NCBI GenBank assembly: GCA_965198235.1
Contig: OZ240248.1
Location: 896,001 to 960,000, forward strand
From: Candidatus Poribacteria bacterium
GTDB taxonomy: Bacteria > Poribacteria > WGA-4E > WGA-3G
Direction: 5' to 3'
DNA length: 64,000 nucleotides
Shown: positions 38,779 to 48,375 of the stretch, in pieces
How the letters are laid out: every line of letters starts with the position of its first letter
Position numbering within the stretch: position 1 is the stretch's first letter
Notes under the pieces: model-generated
Database searches by the model: none
What the model was told of the DNA's origin: nothing
What the model saw: the letters and a program-made list of their open reading frames with translations, nothing else
Program-made: the position numbers and the translations under genes

Positions 38779-39681
38779 ATGGCGAAAACTTACAGAACAC
38801 TTACCCAAGCAGATATTAACCACTTCATTGAGAAGGGGCACGTTGTCCTGAAAGATTGCTTTCCGCGCGAATTGGCGGAAGAATGGCGAGCATTCGCTTT
38901 TAAACGGCTCGGTTACGCACCGGATGACCCAAGCACTTGGGAGCAACCCCGCGTTCATCTGCCTTCTATGAACAGGATCCTGATTGAGGATGTTGCACCG
39001 AGGGCATGGGATGCTATTTGTGATCTGCTCGGCGGCGAAGACAGGATTATCAATCCTTGGGGCGATGGAAAACCGGGATGGAGTGACGGTTTTATTATTA
39101 ACTTTGCATTAGGCACGGACACGCCATGGCAACCGCCTTCTCCGGAAGTCGGTGGATGGCATAAAGATGGCGATTTCTTCCGTCATTTCTTAGATAGCCC
39201 AGAGCAGGGTTTGCTTACAATCGTCGTCTGGTCGGATATCTATCCAAAAAGCGGCGGGACCTTTGTGGCGTGCGATTCGGTTCAACACGTCGCACAGCAG
39301 TTATATGAACATCCAGAAGGGGTGTTGCCTGGCGGATTTGGTAAACTCATTGACAAATGTGAAGATTTTGTGGAAATCACGGGAAACGCAGGCGATGTCG
39401 TGCTGCTGCACCCATTTATTTTGCATGCCGCTTCACAGAACCCATCGGGACGCGCTCGTTTCATCACGAATCCGCCAGTTTCTCTCAAGGAACCGATGAA
39501 TTTCAATCGTGAAAACCCAGACGATTTCTCACCGGTGGAGTTGGGGGTGCTGCACGGATTCGGGAAAACCCAATTGGACTTCCAACCGACGGCAGAGCGA
39601 GAACGTTTAGTTCCAGAACGCGTCAAGCGTCAGCAGAAGATGCTTGAGGAACAGAAAAAACGACTCGAGATGGGAGAATAG
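38779..39681 (+). CDS. phytanoyl-CoA dioxygenase (PhyH) family protein
   Basis: FIEKGHVVL, WHKDG, GGT, GDVVLLHPFILH. Confidence 0.88.
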   Translation: MAKTYRTLTQADINHFIEKGHVVLKDCFPRELAEEWRAFAFKRLGYAPDDPSTWEQPRVHLPSMNRILIEDVAPRAWDAICDLLGGEDRIINPWGDGKPGWSDGFIINFALGTDTPWQPPSPEVGGWHKDGDFFRHFLDSPEQGLLTIVVWSDIYPKSGGTFVACDSVQHVAQQLYEHPEGVLPGGFGKLIDKCEDFVEITGNAGDVVLLHPFILHAASQNPSGRARFITNPPVSLKEPMNFNRENPDDFSPVELGVLHGFGKTQLDFQPTAERERLVPERVKRQQKMLEEQKKRLEMGE

Positions 39682-39682
39682 A

Positions 39683-39821
39683 GCGAGGTTGGAACCTCGT
39701 CCGAAACTAAATCGGTGCGGTTGGATGAAGATTAAAAATAAATGAGGTAATTGACGTGCTATTTATAGCACGTTCGGAAATTAACCGATTAAATTCTCAA
39801 ACTTCATGAAACCGCACCTAC
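39683..39821. mobile_element. REP hairpin plus a second REP interrupted by a nested ~83-bp palindromic element
   Basis: GGTGCGGTT[..ATGAAG...ACGTGCTA-ttta-TAGCACGT...CTTCAT..]AACCGCACCTAC; intact REP form at 50710-50734. Confidence 0.7.
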
Positions 39822-39841
39822 CGAGTTGGACGTGATGACAC

Positions 39842-41050
39842 TTACTCAAACTGATGCCGGCTCTGATAGCACGCCTTCCCTTTACCTCGAATTACATCCG
39901 CTTGCTGCCACGTATCAACAGCACCGCAAATAGCATCACGCTCACCAAGTCGTTGTTTTAGTTCAGATTTCGTGAACCATTCACAACCGTCATTGGCGAG
40001 TGCATCGATGTCTAAGTTTTCATCGGAAAAGCCGTAGACACGACAGATACCATCCTCCTCCTCAACATCCTCAATATAGGACATCCAAGAGACCTCTAAA
40101 CCGAGTTGTGCTTGGGTAAGCTCTTGCAGTGAACCGATCCGCGCGCCGACATCCCAACCGACGAGCTTTTCCTCTTCCCAACCTTCGCCTCCCGGCAATC
40201 CCCAATATTCCGTTTCGGCATCGCGGTGGAGCAAGTATTTCGATTCCTGACTTGATGAATCCTCAATAAGCAGACGCGTCGTTGTAATCGGCCTGTCAAA
40301 ACAGACTGGAATGAGACGCTTCCCATTGTCGCTCAATGCGTCCAATGCGGCGGGATTGTAAGGATAATATCCCGCAGCGGGGGGCGCGTCTACCGCACAA
40401 TACTTATTGAAAATCCCGCAGCGGTCTTCAGTTGCGGTGCCGGCGGGTGCTTCGTGCCAGACATGCTCGTTGACAACCAGCAAGTCCCCTGCTTTGACTT
40501 CTGGATCAATGAAAGGGGGCAACTGCTCGCGATCAGGGCAGGTGAGGTCTAAGATGTGTGCGTCCGGATCGATGACCTGCGTCAACTTATGTGATTTCGG
40601 CGACACGAGGAAGGGACCGTATGACGTATCGAAATCGGTCAGCGGGATGATGGCGAATACCCAGTTCATTGATGAACCGACAGGTCGCCAGCGTTTATAG
40701 TCACAATGTGCCCCGCCACCCTTATCGCCGGGTGTCCGCAAATACGCAACATAGGCAGTGAGATGCGCCGGTTGACCGAGGGCAGATTCCACGGCACCGA
40801 TAACCGTTGGATGTTCGGCAATCGCTGTGAGTCCGGGATCAGCAAGACGGTTGCCACTCACCGTATATTTCGATGGCTCAGGATATTTAAGCGTCGATGG
40901 ATAGGCACCGCGTTTTACCTGTTCTTGGACGACGCGCCGAAGTTCATCCGCCTCCTTCGCGGATAAAACGTTGCGCACAATAAGATAGCCGTCCTCATGG
41001 TAGTCAGCGATCTGCCGCTCGCTGAGCGTCGGGGTTATTGTCCTGCTCAT
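39842..41050 (-). CDS. PhyH family dioxygenase with Nudix-like C-terminal domain
   Basis: YHEDGYLIV, AHCD (HxD), GDLLVVNEHVWH; C-terminal YLLHR...WGLPGG. Confidence 0.8.
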   Translation of the reverse strand: MSRTITPTLSERQIADYHEDGYLIVRNVLSAKEADELRRVVQEQVKRGAYPSTLKYPEPSKYTVSGNRLADPGLTAIAEHPTVIGAVESALGQPAHLTAYVAYLRTPGDKGGGAHCDYKRWRPVGSSMNWVFAIIPLTDFDTSYGPFLVSPKSHKLTQVIDPDAHILDLTCPDREQLPPFIDPEVKAGDLLVVNEHVWHEAPAGTATEDRCGIFNKYCAVDAPPAAGYYPYNPAALDALSDNGKRLIPVCFDRPITTTRLLIEDSSSQESKYLLHRDAETEYWGLPGGEGWEEEKLVGWDVGARIGSLQELTQAQLGLEVSWMSYIEDVEEEDGICRVYGFSDENLDIDALANDGCEWFTKSELKQRLGERDAICGAVDTWQQADVIRGKGKACYQSRHQFE

Positions 41051-41155
41051 AATACAACCTCCTTTACTTTTTACAGTAAGTTTTAAATCGCAAACTATTC
41101 CACTTTAGAATAGCAAGTTTTGGCTTGCAAGCTGCGCCACTTCTTATAGCAAGTT

Positions 41156-41707
41156 TTAAATCGCAAACTCCTCCAAAAGGGGATGCTCCAAAACGGATGC
41201 GACTTCCGTCCAAGCTTCTTTGCTATTCTCATGTGAAAGGTCTGGTATGAAGCCAAAGTCAAGATAAACTTTGATTGCTGCCATACGCCCGGTTGACGTA
41301 CCGAGAAAACAACGTTCGTGGGATTGTTTCAGACGCTCCATTGCTACAGTCATCATCGGTTTGGAAAGCCCGCGTCCTTGGTAGTCGGGATGAATCACTA
41401 CCCAGTGGATCTGTCCCCACACTTCTCCATCTATATTTTGCCACCACGCCGTAATTGTGCCGATTTCCTCGCCTGTGTCCGTCGTTAGGTAAAAACTTCT
41501 ATCCTCCATCACTGAGAGATGGCGTTTAAACTCGCGATCAAAAAGTCCGTCGTCAATGTCAGCGTACGGCTCCCCTGCTTTCAGAATCCGCGTCCAGATA
41601 TGCCCTTCATTCCGACGATAATTCCGGATTGCGAATCCTTCTGGAATCGGGAATTGTGGGATATTTTCCATGTTCTCACGAATCATTCTGACACTATAAT
41701 TTTTCAT
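41156..41707 (-). CDS. GNAT family N-acetyltransferase
   Basis: VIHPDYQGRGLSK and AAIKVYLDFGF. Confidence 0.9.
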   Translation of the reverse strand: MKNYSVRMIRENMENIPQFPIPEGFAIRNYRRNEGHIWTRILKAGEPYADIDDGLFDREFKRHLSVMEDRSFYLTTDTGEEIGTITAWWQNIDGEVWGQIHWVVIHPDYQGRGLSKPMMTVAMERLKQSHERCFLGTSTGRMAAIKVYLDFGFIPDLSHENSKEAWTEVASVLEHPLLEEFAI

Positions 41708-41842
41708 ATTCGGTGTGCGAGTGCGGAAGATAAGTTCTGAAAGACTGTTTCATTGCGCATAATATAGCATACGCCGTAGAAAAACAGCAATGATAAAATG
41801 TAATTGCTTTTCTGGCAGGTCGTGTGATATTATCTATCTATC

Positions 41843-42397
41843 ATGGAAAAAACATCTGCCTCCATTCCAATTTACACCATAGGCTACGGAAGCCGTTCCA
41901 TTGAGGAATTCATCAAAGTGCTACACCGGCATGAGATCGCTTACCTCATCGATGTCCGCTCCGCTCCCTACTCACGCTATAAGCCGGAATTCTCCAAAGC
42001 ACTACTCGCGAATGAACTCGAACAGCACAGCATCCGCTACGTGTTCATGGGAGACACGCTCGGTGGTAGGCCCGATGATGAAACGTGTTACGTCAACGGG
42101 AAACTTGATTACGAAAAGGTCAAGGAGAGGGAATACTACCAACGCGGTATTGAACGCCTGCATACTGCCTTCTCGCAACAACAATCTGTTGTTTTAATGT
42201 GTAGCGAGGGAAAGCCAGAGGAGTGTCACCGATGCAAACTCATCGGCGCAACCCTCACAACGCAGGACATACCGATCATTCATATCGACGAAAATGAAGA
42301 GCAAGTGACACAGGATAAAGTCGTTGAACGTCTGACAGGCGGGCAATTGTCGATGTTTGGCGAAGAGACGTTTCATTCTCGGAAAAAATATACTTAA
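41843..42397 (+). CDS. DUF488 family protein
   Basis: IYTIGY, LIDVRSAPYSR, LGGRP, MCSEGKPEECHR; C-terminal QLSMF. Confidence 0.9.
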   Translation: MEKTSASIPIYTIGYGSRSIEEFIKVLHRHEIAYLIDVRSAPYSRYKPEFSKALLANELEQHSIRYVFMGDTLGGRPDDETCYVNGKLDYEKVKEREYYQRGIERLHTAFSQQQSVVLMCSEGKPEECHRCKLIGATLTTQDIPIIHIDENEEQVTQDKVVERLTGGQLSMFGEETFHSRKKYT

Positions 42398-42408
42398 TCC
42401 TACCCACT

Positions 42409-42897
42409 ATGAAAATCAAAATTGTCACCATCGGCGTATACGGCTTTGACGAATCCAGTTTTTTTGACGCACTATGCAAAGCAGAGGTCGATACGTTCTG
42501 CGATATTCGTAGTCGGCGCGGCCTCCGTGGCGCAACTTACGCATTTGCCAACAGTGTACGATTGCAAACACGTCTTGCTGAACTCGACATCCGATATATT
42601 TACCGAAAAGACCTCGGTCCAACAAAAACCGTCCGAGACAAACAGGCAGCGGCAGATAAAGCAAGCAAAACTGCTAAGCGCAAACGCACCGCATTAGGAG
42701 AAGCTTTTATTCATGCCTATCACACCGAATGCCTCGTCGAGTTTGAACCCCAAAGCCTATTAGACGAACTGGAACCGGATACCAAAGTTGTTGCCCTCTT
42801 TTGTGTAGAAACAGCACCGGAGGCATGTCACCGCTCACTGGTAGCAGATAAATTAGCGAAAACTTTCAATCTGGAGGTCGAAGATATCTTACCGTGA
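42409..42897 (+). CDS. DUF488 family protein (divergent second copy)
   Basis: IVTIGVYG, CDIR, LGPT, FCVETAPEACHRSLVA. Confidence 0.88.
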   Translation: MKIKIVTIGVYGFDESSFFDALCKAEVDTFCDIRSRRGLRGATYAFANSVRLQTRLAELDIRYIYRKDLGPTKTVRDKQAAADKASKTAKRKRTALGEAFIHAYHTECLVEFEPQSLLDELEPDTKVVALFCVETAPEACHRSLVADKLAKTFNLEVEDILP

Positions 42898-45671
42898 GAG
42901 TACTCATTGTTGCAAAAACCCGAATGGGCAGCGGCGCGTGTATCGGCGCGATTACAGAAAAAGGAGAAAGTGTTCGGCTCATTCCGTTCAATGCTGATCC
43001 ACATGACGGCGCGAATCGAGAATATGAGGTCGGTGATATTTGGGAGATTACTGGTGAGCCTGAAACTTCGTTGATTCCACCGCATAACGAAAACTTTGTC
43101 GTCCATAAAAAATCGCGCCTTCGCGCCACGAAAAACATGAAAGATTTGGTGAGTGCTATTGAACTCTTGATGCCGCCAAAAACTGGGCATCCACGAGTAC
43201 TCTACGAAGGTCTATTGAAAACCACGGGCAGTGGTTCACTCTACGTCCCTACAGAAGGCGATGTACCACCCTACAGTACGACATTTTGGCGAACAGATCA
43301 GCCACTTACCCGCGACACAGAGGCGAAGCGGATACGGTACCGCTATCCTAAAGAAAATGAGGGATGCACGCTCACGTTCGTTGGTTTTCAAGAACCGCTT
43401 GAGACGATTCCCGCCGGTACACTTCTGCGCGTGTCGTTGGCACATCGGTGGCGCCCCAAGGATCAGCCCGATGCTGAGGAACGGCATTACGTCCAGATTT
43501 CCGGATGGTTTCTTGAAGATGTGCAATCAGATGAACCGGCACTCGCGGGTCAAGCAGAACTGCTTCCGCCCTCAACGCTAACACAAATCCCTTTGGACAT
43601 CCTCAAAAACGTTTTCGGACATGAGCAGTTTCGACTATTTCAAAAGGACATCATCGGCCACGTCCTCAAAAGACAGGACGCTCTGATTGTTCTACCAACG
43701 GGGGGTGGAAAGTCGCTTTGTTACCAATTGCCCGCGCTCATCTTTGACGGCGTGACCGTCGTTGTTTCCCCTCTAATTTCGCTCATGCAGGACCAGGTGA
43801 TGCAGATGCAAAATCGAGGTATCCGTGCCGCTTTTCTCAACCATACCGTCAGAGATGTAGAATACGTCGCCACGATGCAAAAGGTCAGACAGAATGAAAT
43901 CAAGTTGCTTTATCTGGCTCCTGAAACGCTCGTGCGTCCTGAAATACTCGTCATGCTTGATGAAGCAAATGTCGCTTGTCTTGCAATTGATGAAGCACAC
44001 TGCATCTCGGAGTGGGGTCACGATTTTCGTCCGGAATATCGACAACTGGTTTCTATTCGCGAGCGATTCCAAAACGCTGTTTGCGTCGCTCTAACAGCCA
44101 CTGCTACGCCACGGGTTCAAAATGATATAAAAAAATCACTCAAGTTTGGTAACGAAAATCAGTTCATTGGTAGCTTTGACAGAGAGAACCTCTTCATCGC
44201 CGTTGAGCCAAAAGTCGAATTATTTGAGCAGACATTCGCATTTCTGAATACGCACCGTGAGGAGTCCGGCATTATCTATTGTCAGACGAAGAAACAGGTT
44301 GAATCCCTATGCCGTAATTTAACTGCTCGGAGAATTTCAGCACTCCCTTATCACGCAGATTTGGATAGCGAAACCCGAAAACAGAATCAGGACCGTTTCA
44401 TCAAGGGTGATATCCGGGTGATAGTCGCCACAATCGCCTTTGGTATGGGAATCGATAAGACGGATGTGCGTTTTGTTCTACATGCAGGCTTGCCAAAAGA
44501 GCCTGAATCCTATTATCAGGAGATCGGTCGTAGTGGACGCGATGGTCTTCCAGCAGACTGCCTCTTGCTGTTCAGTTACGGAGATGTGGACACTTCAAAC
44601 CATTTCATTGAACAAGGTGCGCCATCCGAAAGACAAGGACGGCAGGAACGATTAAATACACTTATCTCATGGGCAACCTCACTGGCGTGCCGCCGGAAAG
44701 AGCTGTTAGCCTATTTTGGGGAGCAATACGAAAATGAAAATTGTGGGATGTGTGACAACTGCCGCAATTCAGAAAGAGAACGGATAGACTTGACGACACC
44801 GGCACAAAAATTTCTCTCCTGTGTTGTCCGGACAAAGGAAATGTTCGGGGAAGCGTACATCATTGACGTATTACGGGAGTCAAAACGGAAAAAGATTCTG
44901 GAGAACGGACACGACAAACTTTCCACTTATGGTATCGGCATGGAATACAGCAAGACACAGTGGCGATATTTGTCCCATCAATTCCTCCAACACCAACTGC
45001 TTGAGCGAGATGCCCGGCACGGTAGTCTTCGTGTAACAGAAAAGGGGTGGGGTGTGATCAACAGAGGCGATCAGTTTTGCGGATTACCGGTGGACTCGGT
45101 AGACCGCGCCACATCCGAAGTGTCACCTGAATACGCTCTTGAACTCTTTGAATTACTTCGGGCTGAACGAGACAGAATTGCTGAAGCGGAGGGTGTACTG
45201 CCTTATGAGGTTTTCCACGATAAAGCACTGCAAGCGATGGCGACCTATTTTCCGACATCCGAGGAATCGTTTAGACTGACATCTGGCGTAGGACCTATGC
45301 GATCTGAAAAGTACATCAATATTTTTTTGCCAATTATCCGTGAATACTTCAAGAAGCATGGAATAGGTTCAGCAAAAAGCGCGACCGAAGGAGCGAACAC
45401 TCATGAACCGGTATCTGAAGAGCCAAATGAATATGCTCCGGAACTCTTTGAGCGACTTCGAGACAAGCGCAAAACAATTGCCGATGAGGAAGGAGTCCCG
45501 ACGTTTTTTGTCTTTACCGATAAAACGTTGCGAGAGATAGCAATCCATTTTCCGAAAACCGAAGAAGAATTTCTACAGATTCACGGCATTGGCCCCGCGA
45601 AAATGGATAAATACGCCGATATCTTTTTGCCGATTATCCGTGATTATTGCAAAGAACACGGTATTAGTTGA
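42894..45671 (+). CDS. recQ: RecQ helicase with N-terminal dual-OB-like domain and two HRDC domains
   Basis: LPTGGGKS, DEAHC, ATIAFGMGID, YYQEIGRSGRDG, Zn-binding CRR..CGMCDNC, RQC and 2 HRDC; extra ~210-aa N-terminus starting MRVLIVAKTRMGSGACIG. Confidence 0.9.
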   Translation: MRVLIVAKTRMGSGACIGAITEKGESVRLIPFNADPHDGANREYEVGDIWEITGEPETSLIPPHNENFVVHKKSRLRATKNMKDLVSAIELLMPPKTGHPRVLYEGLLKTTGSGSLYVPTEGDVPPYSTTFWRTDQPLTRDTEAKRIRYRYPKENEGCTLTFVGFQEPLETIPAGTLLRVSLAHRWRPKDQPDAEERHYVQISGWFLEDVQSDEPALAGQAELLPPSTLTQIPLDILKNVFGHEQFRLFQKDIIGHVLKRQDALIVLPTGGGKSLCYQLPALIFDGVTVVVSPLISLMQDQVMQMQNRGIRAAFLNHTVRDVEYVATMQKVRQNEIKLLYLAPETLVRPEILVMLDEANVACLAIDEAHCISEWGHDFRPEYRQLVSIRERFQNAVCVALTATATPRVQNDIKKSLKFGNENQFIGSFDRENLFIAVEPKVELFEQTFAFLNTHREESGIIYCQTKKQVESLCRNLTARRISALPYHADLDSETRKQNQDRFIKGDIRVIVATIAFGMGIDKTDVRFVLHAGLPKEPESYYQEIGRSGRDGLPADCLLLFSYGDVDTSNHFIEQGAPSERQGRQERLNTLISWATSLACRRKELLAYFGEQYENENCGMCDNCRNSERERIDLTTPAQKFLSCVVRTKEMFGEAYIIDVLRESKRKKILENGHDKLSTYGIGMEYSKTQWRYLSHQFLQHQLLERDARHGSLRVTEKGWGVINRGDQFCGLPVDSVDRATSEVSPEYALELFELLRAERDRIAEAEGVLPYEVFHDKALQAMATYFPTSEESFRLTSGVGPMRSEKYINIFLPIIREYFKKHGIGSAKSATEGANTHEPVSEEPNEYAPELFERLRDKRKTIADEEGVPTFFVFTDKTLREIAIHFPKTEEEFLQIHGIGPAKMDKYADIFLPIIRDYCKEHGIS

Positions 45672-45684
45672 AAACTTTCTTTTA

Positions 45685-47319
45685 CTACATCCGAGAAGTC
45701 TTTGGAACTCCTGAAGGCAGTTCTTGCATCACAGGAATGATGTAACTCCGAACCGTCAAACCGTCTATAGTTTCCGTTTCTACCCGTGGTTCTGGATTCT
45801 GTCGATGATCAAAGACAATGTAGTATCCCTCTATTATTCCCTCAGAGCTGAGATATGCTGCGAGCTGCTTTTTACCTGCCTGATAGCGACTGTCGCCTCT
45901 CCAAATTTTCGTTTCTACGATATATTTTTGCTGGTTATGGACGATAATGATGTCCATCCTGCCGCGGCCAGTTTGCACCTCAATGTGCATAACGGCACCG
46001 ATGAGTTTAACAAACTGGTCGAGATAGGCGAGAAGGAGGTGTCTGCCTACAGACTCCTGTGGCGTATCTGGCACTTGCAGAATTCTAAATCCTGCGCGGG
46101 CAATGAAATCTCGAAAGTTGTTAAGTAACAACTCCATATCAATGCGTCCAGTCAGCGTAATATAATTGAGAAAGTCTTCACTACTCCCGCTGGGAAGGTA
46201 CTCATGCTCCAGTCCATTGACTATCGGTTTAAAGGTTCTCATGATACGGTAAAGATAAATCGGGTTGAGAATTTCACACATACCGTCAGAGGCTTTTTTG
46301 ATTACACCATACATAGCAAGTTCACTGATAATGTCATCGTCCATATTGAAGTCTACGCCTTCATCTCGCGCCATAATCCGCATCAGCACACTTTCAAAGC
46401 GAGGATTTCTGCGGACATTAGTTGTTAGGTGCTCAATGTTGGTGTTCCGTTCGTGTAGCATCTGTGAGTGTGCTTTTGAAAAGTGCGCCATGGTAATCGG
46501 CTCGGTTTTCGGAATGTCCAATTCCTCGGTAAGAATCTGCGCGAATCGGTTGACAAGGACGGGTTGCCCGGCAGTCTGCTTATGGATAGATACTGTAACT
46601 TCTGGGACAAAGACTTGTCCAACTTCGTCCGTATATTGCTCTAACAGTTCCTGTACCTGTTCAAGGGTAAAGTTGGGTAGATGAAATTCATCTTGGATAT
46701 TGAAGGGCGAAATTGAGCGATCATAGTTGAGTTGCGCAATACTCTTAACCCCGATGATACCGACGCTGTGAGGACATCGAGGTTTACCGGAAATATAGAT
46801 GTGACGGAGCGTATGAAGAAAATCGCTCAGGGCAGCCTGCGGGATGCCATCAAATTCGTCAATGATTAAGACGAATTTCTGGGGCGTTAGCAAACGCGCG
46901 AAGTGTCTAAAAAACCTTCTCATTGCGTGAGGGTCCGTTAGTTTTGTGTCCTCCAAAAATTGGACTAAAACCTCAGACGGTGTACCGCCGCGTCTCCGGA
47001 ACAAGTTCTCAATTTCTTCGCAAATATCTTGGTAAAGGTTGGCATAAAAATCAGGAACAGCAGTGTTCTTATACACATCAAAATTCAGTGGAATCGGGAA
47101 ATAGGCTGCCGATGAAGCGGCTGCTGCATGGTCAAAATCTGCGACGAGCACGTCCAGGGCGCGTCGAAAGAAGGTAGTTTTGCCCGTTTGGCGCGGCGCG
47201 AAGATAACAACATAGCGTCCCTCTTCAACGCGTCTGATGAAATCAGCGATCTCCTCGGTCCGCGAAACAACGTAGTGTTCTTGAGGATTGACGGGACCTT
47301 GCGTTCCAAACCGTCTCAT
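45685..47319 (-). CDS. AAA-like ATPase with C-terminal PD-(D/E)xK nuclease-like domain
   Basis: APRQTGKTT, IIDEFD, SPFNI, TAGQP; GRMDIII...IVETK...QLAAYL. Confidence 0.85.
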   Translation of the reverse strand: MRRFGTQGPVNPQEHYVVSRTEEIADFIRRVEEGRYVVIFAPRQTGKTTFFRRALDVLVADFDHAAAASSAAYFPIPLNFDVYKNTAVPDFYANLYQDICEEIENLFRRRGGTPSEVLVQFLEDTKLTDPHAMRRFFRHFARLLTPQKFVLIIDEFDGIPQAALSDFLHTLRHIYISGKPRCPHSVGIIGVKSIAQLNYDRSISPFNIQDEFHLPNFTLEQVQELLEQYTDEVGQVFVPEVTVSIHKQTAGQPVLVNRFAQILTEELDIPKTEPITMAHFSKAHSQMLHERNTNIEHLTTNVRRNPRFESVLMRIMARDEGVDFNMDDDIISELAMYGVIKKASDGMCEILNPIYLYRIMRTFKPIVNGLEHEYLPSGSSEDFLNYITLTGRIDMELLLNNFRDFIARAGFRILQVPDTPQESVGRHLLLAYLDQFVKLIGAVMHIEVQTGRGRMDIIIVHNQQKYIVETKIWRGDSRYQAGKKQLAAYLSSEGIIEGYYIVFDHRQNPEPRVETETIDGLTVRSYIIPVMQELPSGVPKTSRM

Positions 47320-47446
47320 TTTCCGTTCCCTTCTGCCAAATGTTTCAATGGGATATTGTATTACATCCGGTTGATGAAATCAACAGTGAATTCAGTTTTA
47401 TAGGCGTACTCAGTTTCCAGTATGTCGATTCAGTAACCGCAATTCG

Positions 47447-48367
47447 TTACATATCAGTAATTTTTCCCAAAATGTAGGAAATAATACCCGGGACCGACTC
47501 CCGATCCAGCCACTCAATCCGTGTATCTTTGCGGAACCAGGTCAACTGTCGCTTGGCGAACCGACGGGTGTTTTGTTTCAGTTGCGAGATCGCTTCTATA
47601 TACGTGCAGTCCCCGTCCAAATACGCTATCAACTCCCGATAGCCGAAACTTTGGAGCGCGACTGTCCCACGCGCATAGCCCGCCGCTAATAGCGATTTGA
47701 CTTCTGCTATCAACCCGTTCGCAAGCATCACGTCTACACGCTGTTCGATACCACGGTAAAGTAGCGCACGCGGCATCGTGAGTCCGAAGGCGATGAACGG
47801 ATATCGCTGTTTTTCCGGATGCCACTGCTGTTGGAACTCGGACATGGGGGTGCCTGTTAATTCATAGACTTCTAAAGCACGGATGACGCGGACGATATTG
47901 TTGGGGTGGATCCGGTCGGCAGATCCTGGATCGCAGGTTTGGAGTCGCTTGTGGAGCGCACTAACACCGAACTGTGTCGCTTCCTCTTCAAGTCGCTTTC
48001 GGAGCGACGGATCCGCTCCCGGTCCCTCAAATAAGCCATCGACAACCGCTCGAAAGTAGAGGCCCGCACCGCCAACAAGCAACACCCGCTTACCCCTGTT
48101 TTGGATGTCGGCAATCGCTATGTCGGCGAGAGATTGATAGTCGGCAACGGAGAAAGGTTGAGAAATGTCCACGCAGTCTATGAGGTGATGCCGTGCCGCT
48201 TGCTGTTCTTCAGGGGTGGGTTTGGCGGTGCCGATGTCCATCTGTCGATAGATTTGTCGAGAATCGACGGAGACGATTTCGGCATTGAGGCGTTGGGCAA
48301 GTTGAATCGCTATCTCTGTTTTACCGACCGCTGTGGGACCGAGGAGGCAGAGGAGTTTTGATTTCAT
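47447..48367 (-). CDS. miaA: tRNA dimethylallyltransferase
   Basis: GPTAVGKT, DSRQIY, DIGTAKP, FAKRQLTWFR. Confidence 0.97.
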   Translation of the reverse strand: MKSKLLCLLGPTAVGKTEIAIQLAQRLNAEIVSVDSRQIYRQMDIGTAKPTPEEQQAARHHLIDCVDISQPFSVADYQSLADIAIADIQNRGKRVLLVGGAGLYFRAVVDGLFEGPGADPSLRKRLEEEATQFGVSALHKRLQTCDPGSADRIHPNNIVRVIRALEVYELTGTPMSEFQQQWHPEKQRYPFIAFGLTMPRALLYRGIEQRVDVMLANGLIAEVKSLLAAGYARGTVALQSFGYRELIAYLDGDCTYIEAISQLKQNTRRFAKRQLTWFRKDTRIEWLDRESVPGIISYILGKITDM

Positions 48368-48375
48368 TTTGGGTT

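Noticed and set aside
47104-47142. DFDHAAAASSAA segment in the AAA ATPase as another mobile insert
   Set aside because: No clear palindrome and no second copy in the window; cannot be supported without orthologs.
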